Part shown: positions 1-9,278 of the stretch, piece by piece
Layout: every line of letters begins with the position of its first letter
How positions within the stretch are numbered: the stretch's first letter is position 1
DNA from: a virus
Strand: one strand, 5' to 3'
IMG/VR virus record: IMGVR_UViG_3300026209_000002
Location: 3,708 to 67,707 of that record
DNA: 64,000 bases
The notes under the pieces: generated by a model
Databases searched by the model: none
What the model was told of the DNA's origin: nothing
Seen by the model: the letters and a program-made list of their open reading frames with translations, nothing else
Translations under genes and position numbers: made by a program

Positions 1-1
1 A

Positions 2-244
2 GATTGTAAGTATCCTGACAAATATCCAGCAATCTGTCATATTGACAGAACGTCACGGGTTCAGACTGTAAGTCACGAAGATAATCCAGGATATTATAGG
101 TTAATTAAAGAATTTTATAAAAAAACAGGTTGTCCTATGGTTTTAAACACAAGTTTGAACATAAAAGGCCAACCAATCGTTAATGATGAGAAAGATGCAC
201 TATCTTTTGAAAAAAAATATAAAGTAAAGGTAATATCAAATTAA
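2..244 (+). CDS. Carbamoyltransferase (NodU/CmcH/TobZ family), C-terminal fragment, truncated by window start
   Basis: Manual translation gives PAICHIDRTSRVQTV...FYKKTGCPMVLNTSLNIKGQPIV, matching the family's H.DGT.R.QTV and TG.P..LNTS.N..G.PIV motifs. Stop TAA at 242-244. Confidence 0.85.
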   Translation, partial: DCKYPDKYPAICHIDRTSRVQTVSHEDNPGYYRLIKEFYKKTGCPMVLNTSLNIKGQPIVNDEKDALSFEKKYKVKVISN

Positions 245-271
245 AAATAAATTGAAAAAATACATAGAACA

Positions 272-279
272 CTATTTAT
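272..279 (+). promoter_or_regulatory. Putative phage promoter element (CTATTTAT, variant of ATATTTAT)
   Basis: Intergenic, upstream of ORF 320. The same motif recurs in many intergenic gaps. Confidence 0.5.
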
Positions 280-319
280 TAGAGAATAGTGACCATCACT
301 TAAAGTATAAGGATATATC

Positions 320-850
320 ATGATTAAGCTCAAAAAATTACTCACAGAACATGCTTGGAGTAGGAGTTTTGGTGAAAGTTTACCAACTTTAGACTCAGTA
401 AAGCAAAGACATCAAGAAAATAAAAAAACTACCTTAAATGAAGCTACACGTTGGATAATGGGTATGGAAGGACCAAATGGTAAAATAGTATCTACTTACG
501 GTCATTGGGATGGTTATCCTAAATATACAGGTAAAATGTTAAAAAAACATTATTCTAATACAGTTAAAGTAAAAGATTTATTGAAACTTGGTAAAGCTGG
601 TATTTCTTCTATTAACAAAAAAATAAAAGGAACTAAAGACCATACATTTAATAGTCCTGAAAAAGATGTTAGTGTATTTTATGGTCGTGACAGGGGTGAG
701 AAAACTTCTTCAATACAAAAATTTAAAAATAGAGATTCAATAAAATGGAATATGGGAGAAGAATATGCGTATATTTGGAATACTAAAGATAATAAGTGGT
801 ATTATAGGTCGCGTCATTCGAATCCCCAAAAATGGACGGAGCTTAAATAA
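320..850 (+). CDS. Putative internal head protein: MIKLKKLLTE leader plus a conserved phage domain (TR...Y.HWDGYP...G..L)
   Basis: ORF with AGGA SD. The leader ends in LxE, and a second site LNE precedes ATRWIMG...YGHWDGYP. Confidence 0.6.
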   Translation: MIKLKKLLTEHAWSRSFGESLPTLDSVKQRHQENKKTTLNEATRWIMGMEGPNGKIVSTYGHWDGYPKYTGKMLKKHYSNTVKVKDLLKLGKAGISSINKKIKGTKDHTFNSPEKDVSVFYGRDRGEKTSSIQKFKNRDSIKWNMGEEYAYIWNTKDNKWYYRSRHSNPQKWTELK

Positions 851-851
851 A

Positions 852-1334
852 ATGTTAACAACTTTTGATGAAATAATACAAATAACACTAGACCACGAAG
901 GTGGATATGTTCACGACCCGACTGATTTAGGTGGTGAAACTAATTTTGGCATAGCAAAACGATTCTATCCTGACGTAGATATTAAGAACCTAACAGAAGA
1001 TGGTGCAAAAGAAATCTACAAAAGAGATTATTGGGATAAGAATAAAGTTGATGATGTACCTGATGATTTAAAACATATCTTTTTTGATATGTGTGTGAAT
1101 CAAGGTAGAGGAACTGCCGTAAAGATTTTACAACGAGCTATTAATGCAAAGGGTGGTGATTTAACAGTTGATGGTGGATTCGGTCCAGGTACAAAAGCTG
1201 CTTTGGCAAAACATACACCTGAATTAGATAGAGTTCGTTGTTACAGATTAAAACATTACTATGATTTAGTAAACAAGAAACCCGAACAAGAACGATTTAT
1301 ATTTGGATGGTATAAAAGGGCATTGTCAGTATGA
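852..1334 (+). CDS. Endolysin, glycoside hydrolase family 108 (predicted lysozyme)
   Basis: HEGGYVHDPTDLGGETNFGI, IYKRDYW, FDMCVNQG, VDGGFGPGT and C-terminal F..GW..R. Start moved to ATG 852 to avoid overlap with ORF 320. Confidence 0.9.
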   Translation: MLTTFDEIIQITLDHEGGYVHDPTDLGGETNFGIAKRFYPDVDIKNLTEDGAKEIYKRDYWDKNKVDDVPDDLKHIFFDMCVNQGRGTAVKILQRAINAKGGDLTVDGGFGPGTKAALAKHTPELDRVRCYRLKHYYDLVNKKPEQERFIFGWYKRALSV

Positions 1335-1603
1335 TTAGCTTAAAGTCTTTAATGAAAAATATGAAGGAAGCTAAAATTACTGCACCAAAGAAAGGTGTAG
1401 ATACTCCACTTGACGCTAAGATACAAATACCTGGATATGGTGTTATGACACGTAAACAATTAAAGGGTGGTATGCAGAGAATAGTTACTGAAGTTTCTAA
1501 GTATTTGAAAAAAGGACAAGTAGAGAATGCTTATAATGTTTTGTATAAACAGAGTGTATTAAAGGGATTTTTAGAAACTGATATAAAACATAACGGAAAA
1601 TAA
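1331..1603 (+). CDS. Small basic hypothetical protein with MISLKSL..MKE leader
   Basis: ATGA overlap with the endolysin. Leader resembles other putative head-targeting leaders. Confidence 0.6.
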   Translation: MISLKSLMKNMKEAKITAPKKGVDTPLDAKIQIPGYGVMTRKQLKGGMQRIVTEVSKYLKKGQVENAYNVLYKQSVLKGFLETDIKHNGK

Positions 1604-1605
1604 TT

Positions 1606-2214
1606 ATGAAGATTAAAAAATCAAAACTTATAGAAATGATTCGTATTGAGTTGGAGGGATTCAAGAGTGATGCACAAAGGAGAGCTGCATTTGCTAGTGG
1701 ATATAAGGCCAAAGGTAAGAAAAAGAAAAATAATGAATCCGTAAATGAAGGTAAGATGAATCTTTCATTTTTGAAAATTCAAACTAAAAATTTAGCAACG
1801 GATGTACAAGATTTGTTTATAGCAGTTAAAGGTGGTGATGAAGATGAAATTACATCTGAGTTAGACCAAGTTAAGTTTAGAATTGGTATGTTAAGAAAAA
1901 AAGGAATGGGATTAAGAGAATCCGTAAATGAAACTTTACCCAATAGGGTTTGGATGGATCTTCGAAAAAAATATAGTACGAATGAATTAAAAAGATTTTT
2001 TAAAAAAGAATCCGTAAATGAAGGTGGAATGGGTGTTTTATCGAAAGACCAGGCAGATATATTACAGGGGTTAGTGATGAAACATAAGAACAAAAATCCT
2101 AAAGCTATTTATAATGTTGTTATGAAAAGTCCACATTTTAAGGGAGTAGATAAAAAAGAGATGTTAGGATATATTCATGGGGCAATAGCTTTTTCAAAAT
2201 ATATGAAGATATAA
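1606..2214 (+). CDS. Modular basic polyprotein, four segments joined by ESVNE linkers
   Basis: Three identical GAATCCGTAAATGAA copies at 1735, 1918 and 2008. Confidence 0.7.
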   Translation: MKIKKSKLIEMIRIELEGFKSDAQRRAAFASGYKAKGKKKKNNESVNEGKMNLSFLKIQTKNLATDVQDLFIAVKGGDEDEITSELDQVKFRIGMLRKKGMGLRESVNETLPNRVWMDLRKKYSTNELKRFFKKESVNEGGMGVLSKDQADILQGLVMKHKNKNPKAIYNVVMKSPHFKGVDKKEMLGYIHGAIAFSKYMKI

Positions 2215-3587
2215 TGCCTGCTAAGTCTAAAGCTCAACAAAGATTTATGGGTATGGTTCACGCCTTTAATAAAGGTGAACTAAAAGGTTCAGAGGTATCT
2301 AAAGATGTAAAAGATGCCGCTAAATCTATGAAGAAGAAAGATACAAAAGATTTCGCTAAAACAAAACACAAGGGATTACCGAATAAAGTGAAAAAAGAAA
2401 ATTTAATCAAATTAATTAAGTCTTATCTTAAACAAGAATCCTTAAAAGAAAGTGGTATTATGTACCGTGCTGGAGTGAAGAAATACGGAAAAGAAGGAAT
2501 GACCAAAATTGTCCAAGCTGCGGGAAGAAAAGCGTCACATGCTGAAATAGGTAAGATTAAAGATAAGTATGATAAAACAAAGAAGGAATCTACAGATGAA
2601 GGTTTTGGTGGAGATTTAAAAGGCAGTGATAAAAAGAAATTTGAAAAAGCTAGAAAAGAAAATGGTGAACAATTAGGATATACATTATCAGGAACACCAG
2701 ATGTAAAAGAAGAACGAGATTACAAGGCAGAATACAAAAAATATGGTTCATCTACTAAAGCAAAGAAATATAGAGCAGAATTAAACAAATATAATCGTCA
2801 AAAAGGTACTTATGGTAATGGAGATGGTAAAGATGCTTCACATAAAGGTGGAAAGATAGTGGGATTTGAAGCAGAATCAAAAAATAGAGGTAGAGCAGAA
2901 AAAAGTCGTTTGAAAAAAGAATCCATAAATGAAGCTAGAACTATTAATGTTGAACCTAATTGGGAAGGTATGTGGAGATTTTTTAAGCAGATGGCAATAA
3001 CTAACCCAAGAGATTGGAAACGAATGGAACGCACAATGGGTAGTGATTGGAAAAAAATAGATAAAATGGCACAACAAAAAGGATGGAAATTTGAATCAGT
3101 AAATGAAACTGTAATAAAAGAAAATCTAATGTCATTTTACAAATACATGGGTGATTTCTACGGAAAGAAAGGTATTTATCCTGATAAGAAAGGTAGGGAT
3201 TTGAAGGTTGGGGATATAAACAAAGCCTTATCGGTTTATCTCAAGAAGTATGGAGCATCTGAATTCGAAGGTGATACTTTGGATAGAGAAAGAGTCCGTG
3301 ATATTCTAATCAAGATGAGAAAGTTAGATCCTGATTATTCTAAAAAAGAATCCGTAACTGAAGGTAAAAATCCAAAGAGAGAAAAAGTTAAAAAAGATTT
3401 TAAGACATCTTTAAATTTTGCAAAGGGTGCTATAAGAAAAATTGAAACATTTATGAAATCAGATTATTGGGGAATGGCAGATAGATATGTAACTGATAAA
3501 CGAACTGGACTTGTATCTATTGTAAAAGATATGGAAAAATCTATGAACCAAATCATAAAAATGCCAGTAGATGAATCCATAAATGAA
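1735..3587 (+). repeat. Dispersed in-frame 15-bp linker repeat, consensus GAATCCGTAAATGAA (ES[VI][NT]E)
   Basis: Copies at 1735-1749, 1918-1932, 2008-2022, 2919-2933, 3093-3107, 3348-3362 and 3573-3587. Degenerate copies at 2436 and 2586, and another copy at 14316. Confidence 0.85.
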
Positions 3588-4112
3588 AGTGTTAGTAAAA
3601 GGATTACTGTAAAAGAAGTAAAGAAGTGGATGAAAACACTCGAAGAATTTAGATATAAGAGGATAAGTCCTGTAGATGCTCGTAGAGTTACTTCATTTAT
3701 TAATAATAAATTAAAAGAAGAAGAATTACCACAAAGTTTACAGAAAAAATGGTCAGAAGCTAAATATAGTAGAGAAAAATATTTAGCAGCGAGGTATTTA
3801 AAATCAAATAAAAATACTATTAAAGAATCTAAAGATTGTTGTGATAATTGTAAAGAAGAAAAAACTTGTTGTTCTGTAAGTGAAGAGATACAACCACAAG
3901 GTAATATTAAAAAAGTTCTTGATGTTGTAAAAAACAAACAACATACAAAAATTGGTGGAACTCTCATAGATGCTACGACAGCAGGTATGATGGCACAAGT
4001 ATGGGATAAGGTAAACGATTCAAGTAAAGAAAAAATGAATAAGATGAATGTAAAACAACTCATTAATCTAATTTTAAAATTATGGAAAGCAGTAGGAACA
4101 CCACGATTATGA
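2214..4112 (+). CDS. Modular basic polyprotein with DUF3008-like N-terminus, an HNH-like module and other modules joined by ESxxE linkers
   Basis: Starts MPAKSKAQQRFMGMVHA...DFAKTKHKGLP; contains RDYKAEY...GDGKDASH...NRGR; linkers ESLKE, ESTDE, ESINE, ESVNE, ESVTE, ESINE. Confidence 0.7.
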   Translation: MPAKSKAQQRFMGMVHAFNKGELKGSEVSKDVKDAAKSMKKKDTKDFAKTKHKGLPNKVKKENLIKLIKSYLKQESLKESGIMYRAGVKKYGKEGMTKIVQAAGRKASHAEIGKIKDKYDKTKKESTDEGFGGDLKGSDKKKFEKARKENGEQLGYTLSGTPDVKEERDYKAEYKKYGSSTKAKKYRAELNKYNRQKGTYGNGDGKDASHKGGKIVGFEAESKNRGRAEKSRLKKESINEARTINVEPNWEGMWRFFKQMAITNPRDWKRMERTMGSDWKKIDKMAQQKGWKFESVNETVIKENLMSFYKYMGDFYGKKGIYPDKKGRDLKVGDINKALSVYLKKYGASEFEGDTLDRERVRDILIKMRKLDPDYSKKESVTEGKNPKREKVKKDFKTSLNFAKGAIRKIETFMKSDYWGMADRYVTDKRTGLVSIVKDMEKSMNQIIKMPVDESINESVSKRITVKEVKKWMKTLEEFRYKRISPVDARRVTSFINNKLKEEELPQSLQKKWSEAKYSREKYLAARYLKSNKNTIKESKDCCDNCKEEKTCCSVSEEIQPQGNIKKVLDVVKNKQHTKIGGTLIDATTAGMMAQVWDKVNDSSKEKMNKMNVKQLINLILKLWKAVGTPRL

Positions 4113-4537
4113 AAATAAGTGTAAAAGAATTAAAGCAAGCAATAAAAGAATCACCAGAAGCTTTTAATAATACGTTAACCTATAATGAATTAGAAGAAGT
4201 TATTCAAGAAGCATATGAAAATGGATTTTTTGAAGATATAACTTTGGAAGATATCGCTGATACAAAACAGTTTAGTACTATGATGGAAGCTTTTTTATCA
4301 GAACTTAAATTTAAACGAGTTATTAGAGGTAAGAAGATTTTTAAGAAAGTTATTTGTCCTAAAAATAAAAAGTTTGTTAAACCATTAAACAAATGCGTTC
4401 AAAAATCTGCCAAAGAGAAAATCAAAAAGAAAAAAGCTATGAAAAAGGCCGCTATAAAGAGGCGTGGTAAAATGGGTATGATATTACGGAAACGATTAAA
4501 GTCATTAAAGAAACGTGCAGCATTTGGTCTTAAATAA
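4109..4537 (+). CDS. Prohead core protein, T4 gp68-like
   Basis: Acidic N-half, LSE site, then a very basic C-terminus RKRLKSLKKRAAFGL resembling the gp68 tail. Start at ATG 4109 (ATGA overlap). Confidence 0.55.
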   Translation: MKISVKELKQAIKESPEAFNNTLTYNELEEVIQEAYENGFFEDITLEDIADTKQFSTMMEAFLSELKFKRVIRGKKIFKKVICPKNKKFVKPLNKCVQKSAKEKIKKKKAMKKAAIKRRGKMGMILRKRLKSLKKRAAFGLK

Positions 4538-7500
4538 TGAACAAATTAACAGAATGGTTAACTAAACCCTTTATTGAAGATTTAAATGAGGATGTAAATT
4601 TACCTATTAATGTTGGTGATACTGTTAAGATGGGTAAGTTTAAAAATAAAAAGGTTGTAGTTAAAAAAATAGACTGGAATGAAAAAGGTGATTTACTAAT
4701 CAATGGTAGACCAGCCTTAAAATTTAGAATGACAAAAGATTCCAATCTTGATTTCAATAATAAATCAGAACAATTAAAAGAAGGTGTTGAGGATAAAGGT
4801 ATCTTTAAAGCAGTATTCTTAGCAGGTGGTCCAGGAAGTGGTAAGACATTTGTTAGTAGACAACTATTTGGTATGCCCGATAGTGTGAATATTAGTATGA
4901 GTGGTATGAAAATGGTTAACTCGGATAAAGAGTTAAAACATTTGTTAAAAAAATACGGATTCGGTACAGACTTAGATAAAATGCCTGATGATTTATTCAA
5001 ACAACTTACAGACCCTACAGATAAAGATTATAGTGGTTTACGAGATTTTTCGAAAAGTCTAACTAAACAACGAAAGAAATTATATAAAAAAGGTAGACTT
5101 GGAATGATTATTGATGGTACAGGTCATAAGTGGAAAAATGTTAAAAGTGATAAAGTAGAATTAGAAAAACTTGGTTATGATACTTATATGATTTTTGTTG
5201 ATACTTCATTAGAGGTGGCACAAAAAAGAAATCAAGAACGAGATAGAATTTTACCACCAAATTTGTTAAAGAAATCATGGCAAGATGTTCAGAAAAATCG
5301 TGGAGCATTTAAATCATTATTTAAAAACAATTTTATTGAAATTAAAAATAATGAAACATTAAATGATAAACAAATTGAGAAAAAATTTGGTAGTTTAACA
5401 AGAAAATATATTAATGTATTTATGAATAAACCAATTAAAAGTCAAATTGCTAAAAATTGGATTAGGAAACAACAGATATTAAAGAAAAACGAGTCTATTG
5501 GATTAGATGCTGGTGGTGGTATTATTAATGGTTCACCAGATTCTAAAAAAGTAAAGAAAAATAAAACTGATAGAATGAGTGGTTATGAAAAAGTTAGTGA
5601 AATTTTTCCAAAAGGGGCTGGTCGTAAGGTAAGTAAAGCTCTTCAAAAAAAATCACCCACAATCAAAAAAGTTGTTGGTATATATCCAGGTAGATTTCAA
5701 CCATTCGGTCCTCATCATAAAAAAACTTATGATTGGTTAAAGACACAAGTTGATGATGTTTATATAGTTACATCTAATCTTAAATCCTTACCAAGACACC
5801 CAATGAACTTTAAAGAAAAAGTTAGACATATGGTAAAAATGGGTATTCCAAAAAGTGAGATTAGTCAAGAGAAAAATTTATATGGTGTAAAGGACGCATT
5901 AACGGGATATGATAAAGATACAACTGCAGTAATTTATGTTGTTGGAAAAAAAGATGCTGGTAGATTAAAATCTGGTGCATACTTTGATGATTATAAAAAG
6001 AATAAGGATAGTATGGTGGGATTTAAAGAACGTGGATATATTCTCACAGCACCACACGTTGCAATGAAGGCCGCAGGTATGGAAGTTAGTGGAACTTCTA
6101 TGAGACAATTACTTGGGTCACCAGAATACGAAGATGATAGAAAACGGAGATTTAAAAAATTCTTTGGTTACTTTGATCAAGGTGTTTATAATATGATGAC
6201 TAATAAGTTTAAAAAGTTATTTGAATCAATAGATGATTTTTTAATTAATAACCCTGACACTATTCCAAATCTTTTAAACGAAGCATCTACCACTACAGCA
6301 TTTGGTATTGATGATGGACCTCCAACTTTTTATAATAGTTTTGGTGATTATAAAGTTATAGTTAATAAGTGGGTTGATGAACTTTATAGTGATATGGGAT
6401 GGGAAGTAGTAAGTTATATGATAGGAGATAAAGCTATTGACCCAGGATTTGATTACACATCAAAGACTGATACCGTACCAGCTGTTGCTTATGGAAAAAG
6501 AGGTACAGGAGCGTATGGTGAAAGATTTGGAGAAAAGGATCCAATTAAAGCATATAAGAATCATATTTCATATGTGATAGATGGATTAGGATTTGAAGTT
6601 TTAGATTGGTTAGGATTTACTAAAGATGGTAAAGAGACTACAGGAGTTGATGTGGAAGTACCAGTAGGTTTTGGAGTAGATGGGAAGAATCAAAATACAG
6701 ATAGAAAGAAAAATTTAGCACTTACATCAAAGGAAGATAAACAAGGTGATTCACTTACTGCAATTGATGCTAAGTTGGATATGAGAAAAAAGGGAGTTAA
6801 ACAAACAATAGTTATACCACATAAAAAATCTCGTAAAAATGTAAAGGAAGTTCTTAATTTAGAAAAAGAAATTGAGTTATTAGTAGAAGGTGGAGCTTAT
6901 GGACATATGGCACATCCGTTTGATGATAATAATTTAACGTTTGGGGATTTGAGAAACATAATTATAGATGGGTTAGGTGGAAAGTTAGATAGAGAAGATA
7001 ATGTTACAGAGAAACTTGATGGACAAAACTTAATGGTAAGTTGGGTAGATGGAGAATTAAGAGCGGCTCGTAATAAAGGTCATTTGAAAAATCACGGTAA
7101 AGCTGCTCCTACGATAAAAGGAGTTAAGAGTATTTTTTCTGGTAGAGGGAATATAGCAAAGGCATTCATTGGAGCTATGACGGATTTAGAAAAGGCGATA
7201 GGTAGATTAACAGATCCTCAAAAAGAAAAGATATTTGGTAATGGTAGTAAATGGATGAATTTAGAGATTATTTTTCCACAAACTGCTAATATTATTGATT
7301 ATGATATATCTGAAATAGTGTTTCATGGTACAGTAGAGTATAATAAAAGTGGTAGACCAATTGGACAACCAAGAGATTCAGCTCGTATGTTGGCAGGAAT
7401 GATTAAACAAACAAACAATCATATACAGAAGATGTTTAAAATTGGTAAACCTAATTTTTTAACAGTTCCAAAATCTCAAGACTTTAGTAAAAAGAAAGCT

Positions 7501-8115
7501 AAGTATTTAAAGAAGTTAAATACATTACAAAAACAGTATGCGTTACGAAGTACAGATACTTTAGGAGAGTATCATAGAGCGTATTGGGAAGAATATATTT
7601 TTAATGCGTCTAAACAATTTGATTTTAATTTAAAAAATAATCATTTAGTAGGTTTAGTAAATAGATGGGCGTTTTTTGATAAGACATATAAGATATCTCA
7701 AATGAAAAAAGATTTTAAATCTGATCCTAAATGGTTAGATTGGGTATTATCTACAGATAAAGAAAATCATACAAAAATATCAAAGGAAAATATTAAACCT
7801 TTTGAAGTTTTATTTTTTGAGGTCGGTTCAGAGATATTGAAAAACATTAGTGGATTCTTAGCAGTATCACCTGATAAAACTGTTTCGAAGATTAGAAAAG
7901 ATGTTATTAAGTCAATGAAAGAATTACAGAGTAAACGTAATATAGATAAATTAAAGAATTTAAAAATACAAATAGAAAAACTAAAAGAAATTGGTGGATT
8001 AGACGCAGTTGTTCCAAGTGAAGGAATAGTGTTTAAGTATAAAGGAAATATTTATAAATTTACAGGAGCATTTGCACCAATTAATCAAATAATTGGTAGT
8101 TTGAAATTTGGTTAG
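4537..8115 (+). CDS. Multidomain protein: P-loop kinase (zeta/PNK-like), HIGH-type nucleotidyltransferase, unknown module, and ATP-dependent ligase-like (KxDG) domain
   Basis: AGGPGSGKT, IIDGTG and RNQERDR; YPGRFQPFGPHH and SGTSMR; GGAYGHMAHPFD, TEKLDGQN, EGIVF and YKFTG. Confidence 0.75.
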   Translation: MNKLTEWLTKPFIEDLNEDVNLPINVGDTVKMGKFKNKKVVVKKIDWNEKGDLLINGRPALKFRMTKDSNLDFNNKSEQLKEGVEDKGIFKAVFLAGGPGSGKTFVSRQLFGMPDSVNISMSGMKMVNSDKELKHLLKKYGFGTDLDKMPDDLFKQLTDPTDKDYSGLRDFSKSLTKQRKKLYKKGRLGMIIDGTGHKWKNVKSDKVELEKLGYDTYMIFVDTSLEVAQKRNQERDRILPPNLLKKSWQDVQKNRGAFKSLFKNNFIEIKNNETLNDKQIEKKFGSLTRKYINVFMNKPIKSQIAKNWIRKQQILKKNESIGLDAGGGIINGSPDSKKVKKNKTDRMSGYEKVSEIFPKGAGRKVSKALQKKSPTIKKVVGIYPGRFQPFGPHHKKTYDWLKTQVDDVYIVTSNLKSLPRHPMNFKEKVRHMVKMGIPKSEISQEKNLYGVKDALTGYDKDTTAVIYVVGKKDAGRLKSGAYFDDYKKNKDSMVGFKERGYILTAPHVAMKAAGMEVSGTSMRQLLGSPEYEDDRKRRFKKFFGYFDQGVYNMMTNKFKKLFESIDDFLINNPDTIPNLLNEASTTTAFGIDDGPPTFYNSFGDYKVIVNKWVDELYSDMGWEVVSYMIGDKAIDPGFDYTSKTDTVPAVAYGKRGTGAYGERFGEKDPIKAYKNHISYVIDGLGFEVLDWLGFTKDGKETTGVDVEVPVGFGVDGKNQNTDRKKNLALTSKEDKQGDSLTAIDAKLDMRKKGVKQTIVIPHKKSRKNVKEVLNLEKEIELLVEGGAYGHMAHPFDDNNLTFGDLRNIIIDGLGGKLDREDNVTEKLDGQNLMVSWVDGELRAARNKGHLKNHGKAAPTIKGVKSIFSGRGNIAKAFIGAMTDLEKAIGRLTDPQKEKIFGNGSKWMNLEIIFPQTANIIDYDISEIVFHGTVEYNKSGRPIGQPRDSARMLAGMIKQTNNHIQKMFKIGKPNFLTVPKSQDFSKKKAKYLKKLNTLQKQYALRSTDTLGEYHRAYWEEYIFNASKQFDFNLKNNHLVGLVNRWAFFDKTYKISQMKKDFKSDPKWLDWVLSTDKENHTKISKENIKPFEVLFFEVGSEILKNISGFLAVSPDKTVSKIRKDVIKSMKELQSKRNIDKLKNLKIQIEKLKEIGGLDAVVPSEGIVFKYKGNIYKFTGAFAPINQIIGSLKFG

Positions 8116-8123
8116 GAGAAAAA

Positions 8124-8672
8124 ATGGGTTATAGTAGAGAAACGGAAAGACAAAATAAAGCTCTTAAATCAATTTTGAGGGGAGAAACCCCTGAAAAGAA
8201 GATTTTCGTAGGTGGTGTAGATAAGGAGTTTTCTGAGAAGATTAAAGAAAAGGAAAGGGAAGAGCGAGAACAACAGAATGAAATATCTGAAGTTTTAAAA
8301 GAAGCTCGAACACCTTGGTTCTGTCCAGAATGTGATAGAATAATGAAGAAACGAATTGATAGTGAGTATTATCGTAAATTTAATAAATGTTTAGATTGTA
8401 AGGTAGAAGAAGATAATAAAATAGCTATCGCTGGTAAACAACAAGAGCATGTGAAAGAAACTGTTAGACAGAATAAGTTAGCTTATATAAAAGATTTAAA
8501 ACAATCAATAGAGGAATGGAAAAATTCTAAAGATTATGTAGAATTTTTTGAACAAGTTAGACCAGATGGGTATTCAGTAGATAGTGAAAAGTGGAAGGGA
8601 GATACGGAAGCAATGGCTAATCTAGTTAAAGAAGCGGAAGAACATTTACAAAAACTGGAAGAATCTATTTAA
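8124..8672 (+). CDS. Hypothetical protein with CxxC...CxxC zinc-binding motif
   Basis: CPEC...CLDC; AGGAG SD. Confidence 0.7.
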   Translation: MGYSRETERQNKALKSILRGETPEKKIFVGGVDKEFSEKIKEKEREEREQQNEISEVLKEARTPWFCPECDRIMKKRIDSEYYRKFNKCLDCKVEEDNKIAIAGKQQEHVKETVRQNKLAYIKDLKQSIEEWKNSKDYVEFFEQVRPDGYSVDSEKWKGDTEAMANLVKEAEEHLQKLEESI

Positions 8673-8675
8673 TTG

Positions 8676-8683
8676 ATATTTAT
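8676..8683 (+). promoter_or_regulatory. Putative promoter element ATATTTAT
   Basis: Intergenic exact motif upstream of the 8713-portal gene run. Confidence 0.6.
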
Positions 8684-8712
8684 ATAAAATTACAATAATT
8701 TGGAGAATTATA

Positions 8713-8973
8713 ATGCATTTAGAGGAACTTAAAGACTTAATTCGTCAAGAAATAGTTTCAATGAAAGAAGCTGAAAAAAGTGATATAGAAAAATTGGACA
8801 CTAAATTACCAGCTAATATAGAACGTTTTTTGGATAGAGCGGTAGGGGCGATAAAAGACGCTAAGTTAAATCGTAGGAGACAAATAGCGGCATTAGCTCG
8901 TATAATTGACGCTCTCGGATTAGATAAGGGTGAAGTTACTCGATATATTGCTAAAATTAAAAAGGCGGTGTAA
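8713..8973 (+). CDS. Hypothetical protein (LKDLIRQEI leader)
   Basis: GGAG SD; leader ends in MKE. Confidence 0.65.
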   Translation: MHLEELKDLIRQEIVSMKEAEKSDIEKLDTKLPANIERFLDRAVGAIKDAKLNRRRQIAALARIIDALGLDKGEVTRYIAKIKKAV

Positions 8974-8975
8974 GT

Positions 8976-9278
8976 ATGAAAGGTTTGGTAAAACTCATAG
9001 GTATGATATTAGGTATCTTGGGTTTAAGTGGTAAAGCGAGTTCTGCTAAAAAACGTAAAGTAAAAGCAATTGATAAAAAGTTAAAAACAACCGCTAAGAA
9101 GAAAAAAGTTGTTACTAAAAAGATAGCTAAATCCAAAAAGGAAGCAACAGCTATTAAGAAAAAAGCTAAATCAATAGAGGAAGAAATTAATGAAGTTAAA
9201 AAGACAAGTTCTAAACGAAAAAAGATTGCTAACTCTAAAGATGCAGAAGATTTTTTAAGAAAGTTCGCTAAGAAATAA
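8976..9278 (+). CDS. Membrane-anchored basic coiled-coil protein (possible i-spanin-like)
   Basis: N-terminal hydrophobic helix LVKLIGMILGILGL followed by a Lys-rich coiled coil. Confidence 0.5.
   Translation: MKGLVKLIGMILGILGLSGKASSAKKRKVKAIDKKLKTTAKKKKVVTKKIAKSKKEATAIKKKAKSIEEEINEVKKTSSKRKKIANSKDAEDFLRKFAKK

Noticed and set aside
1735-3587. ESVNE repeats as a CRISPR array
   Set aside because: Repeats are only 15 bp, spacing is irregular (90 to several hundred bp), all are in frame within ORFs, and there are no cas genes.
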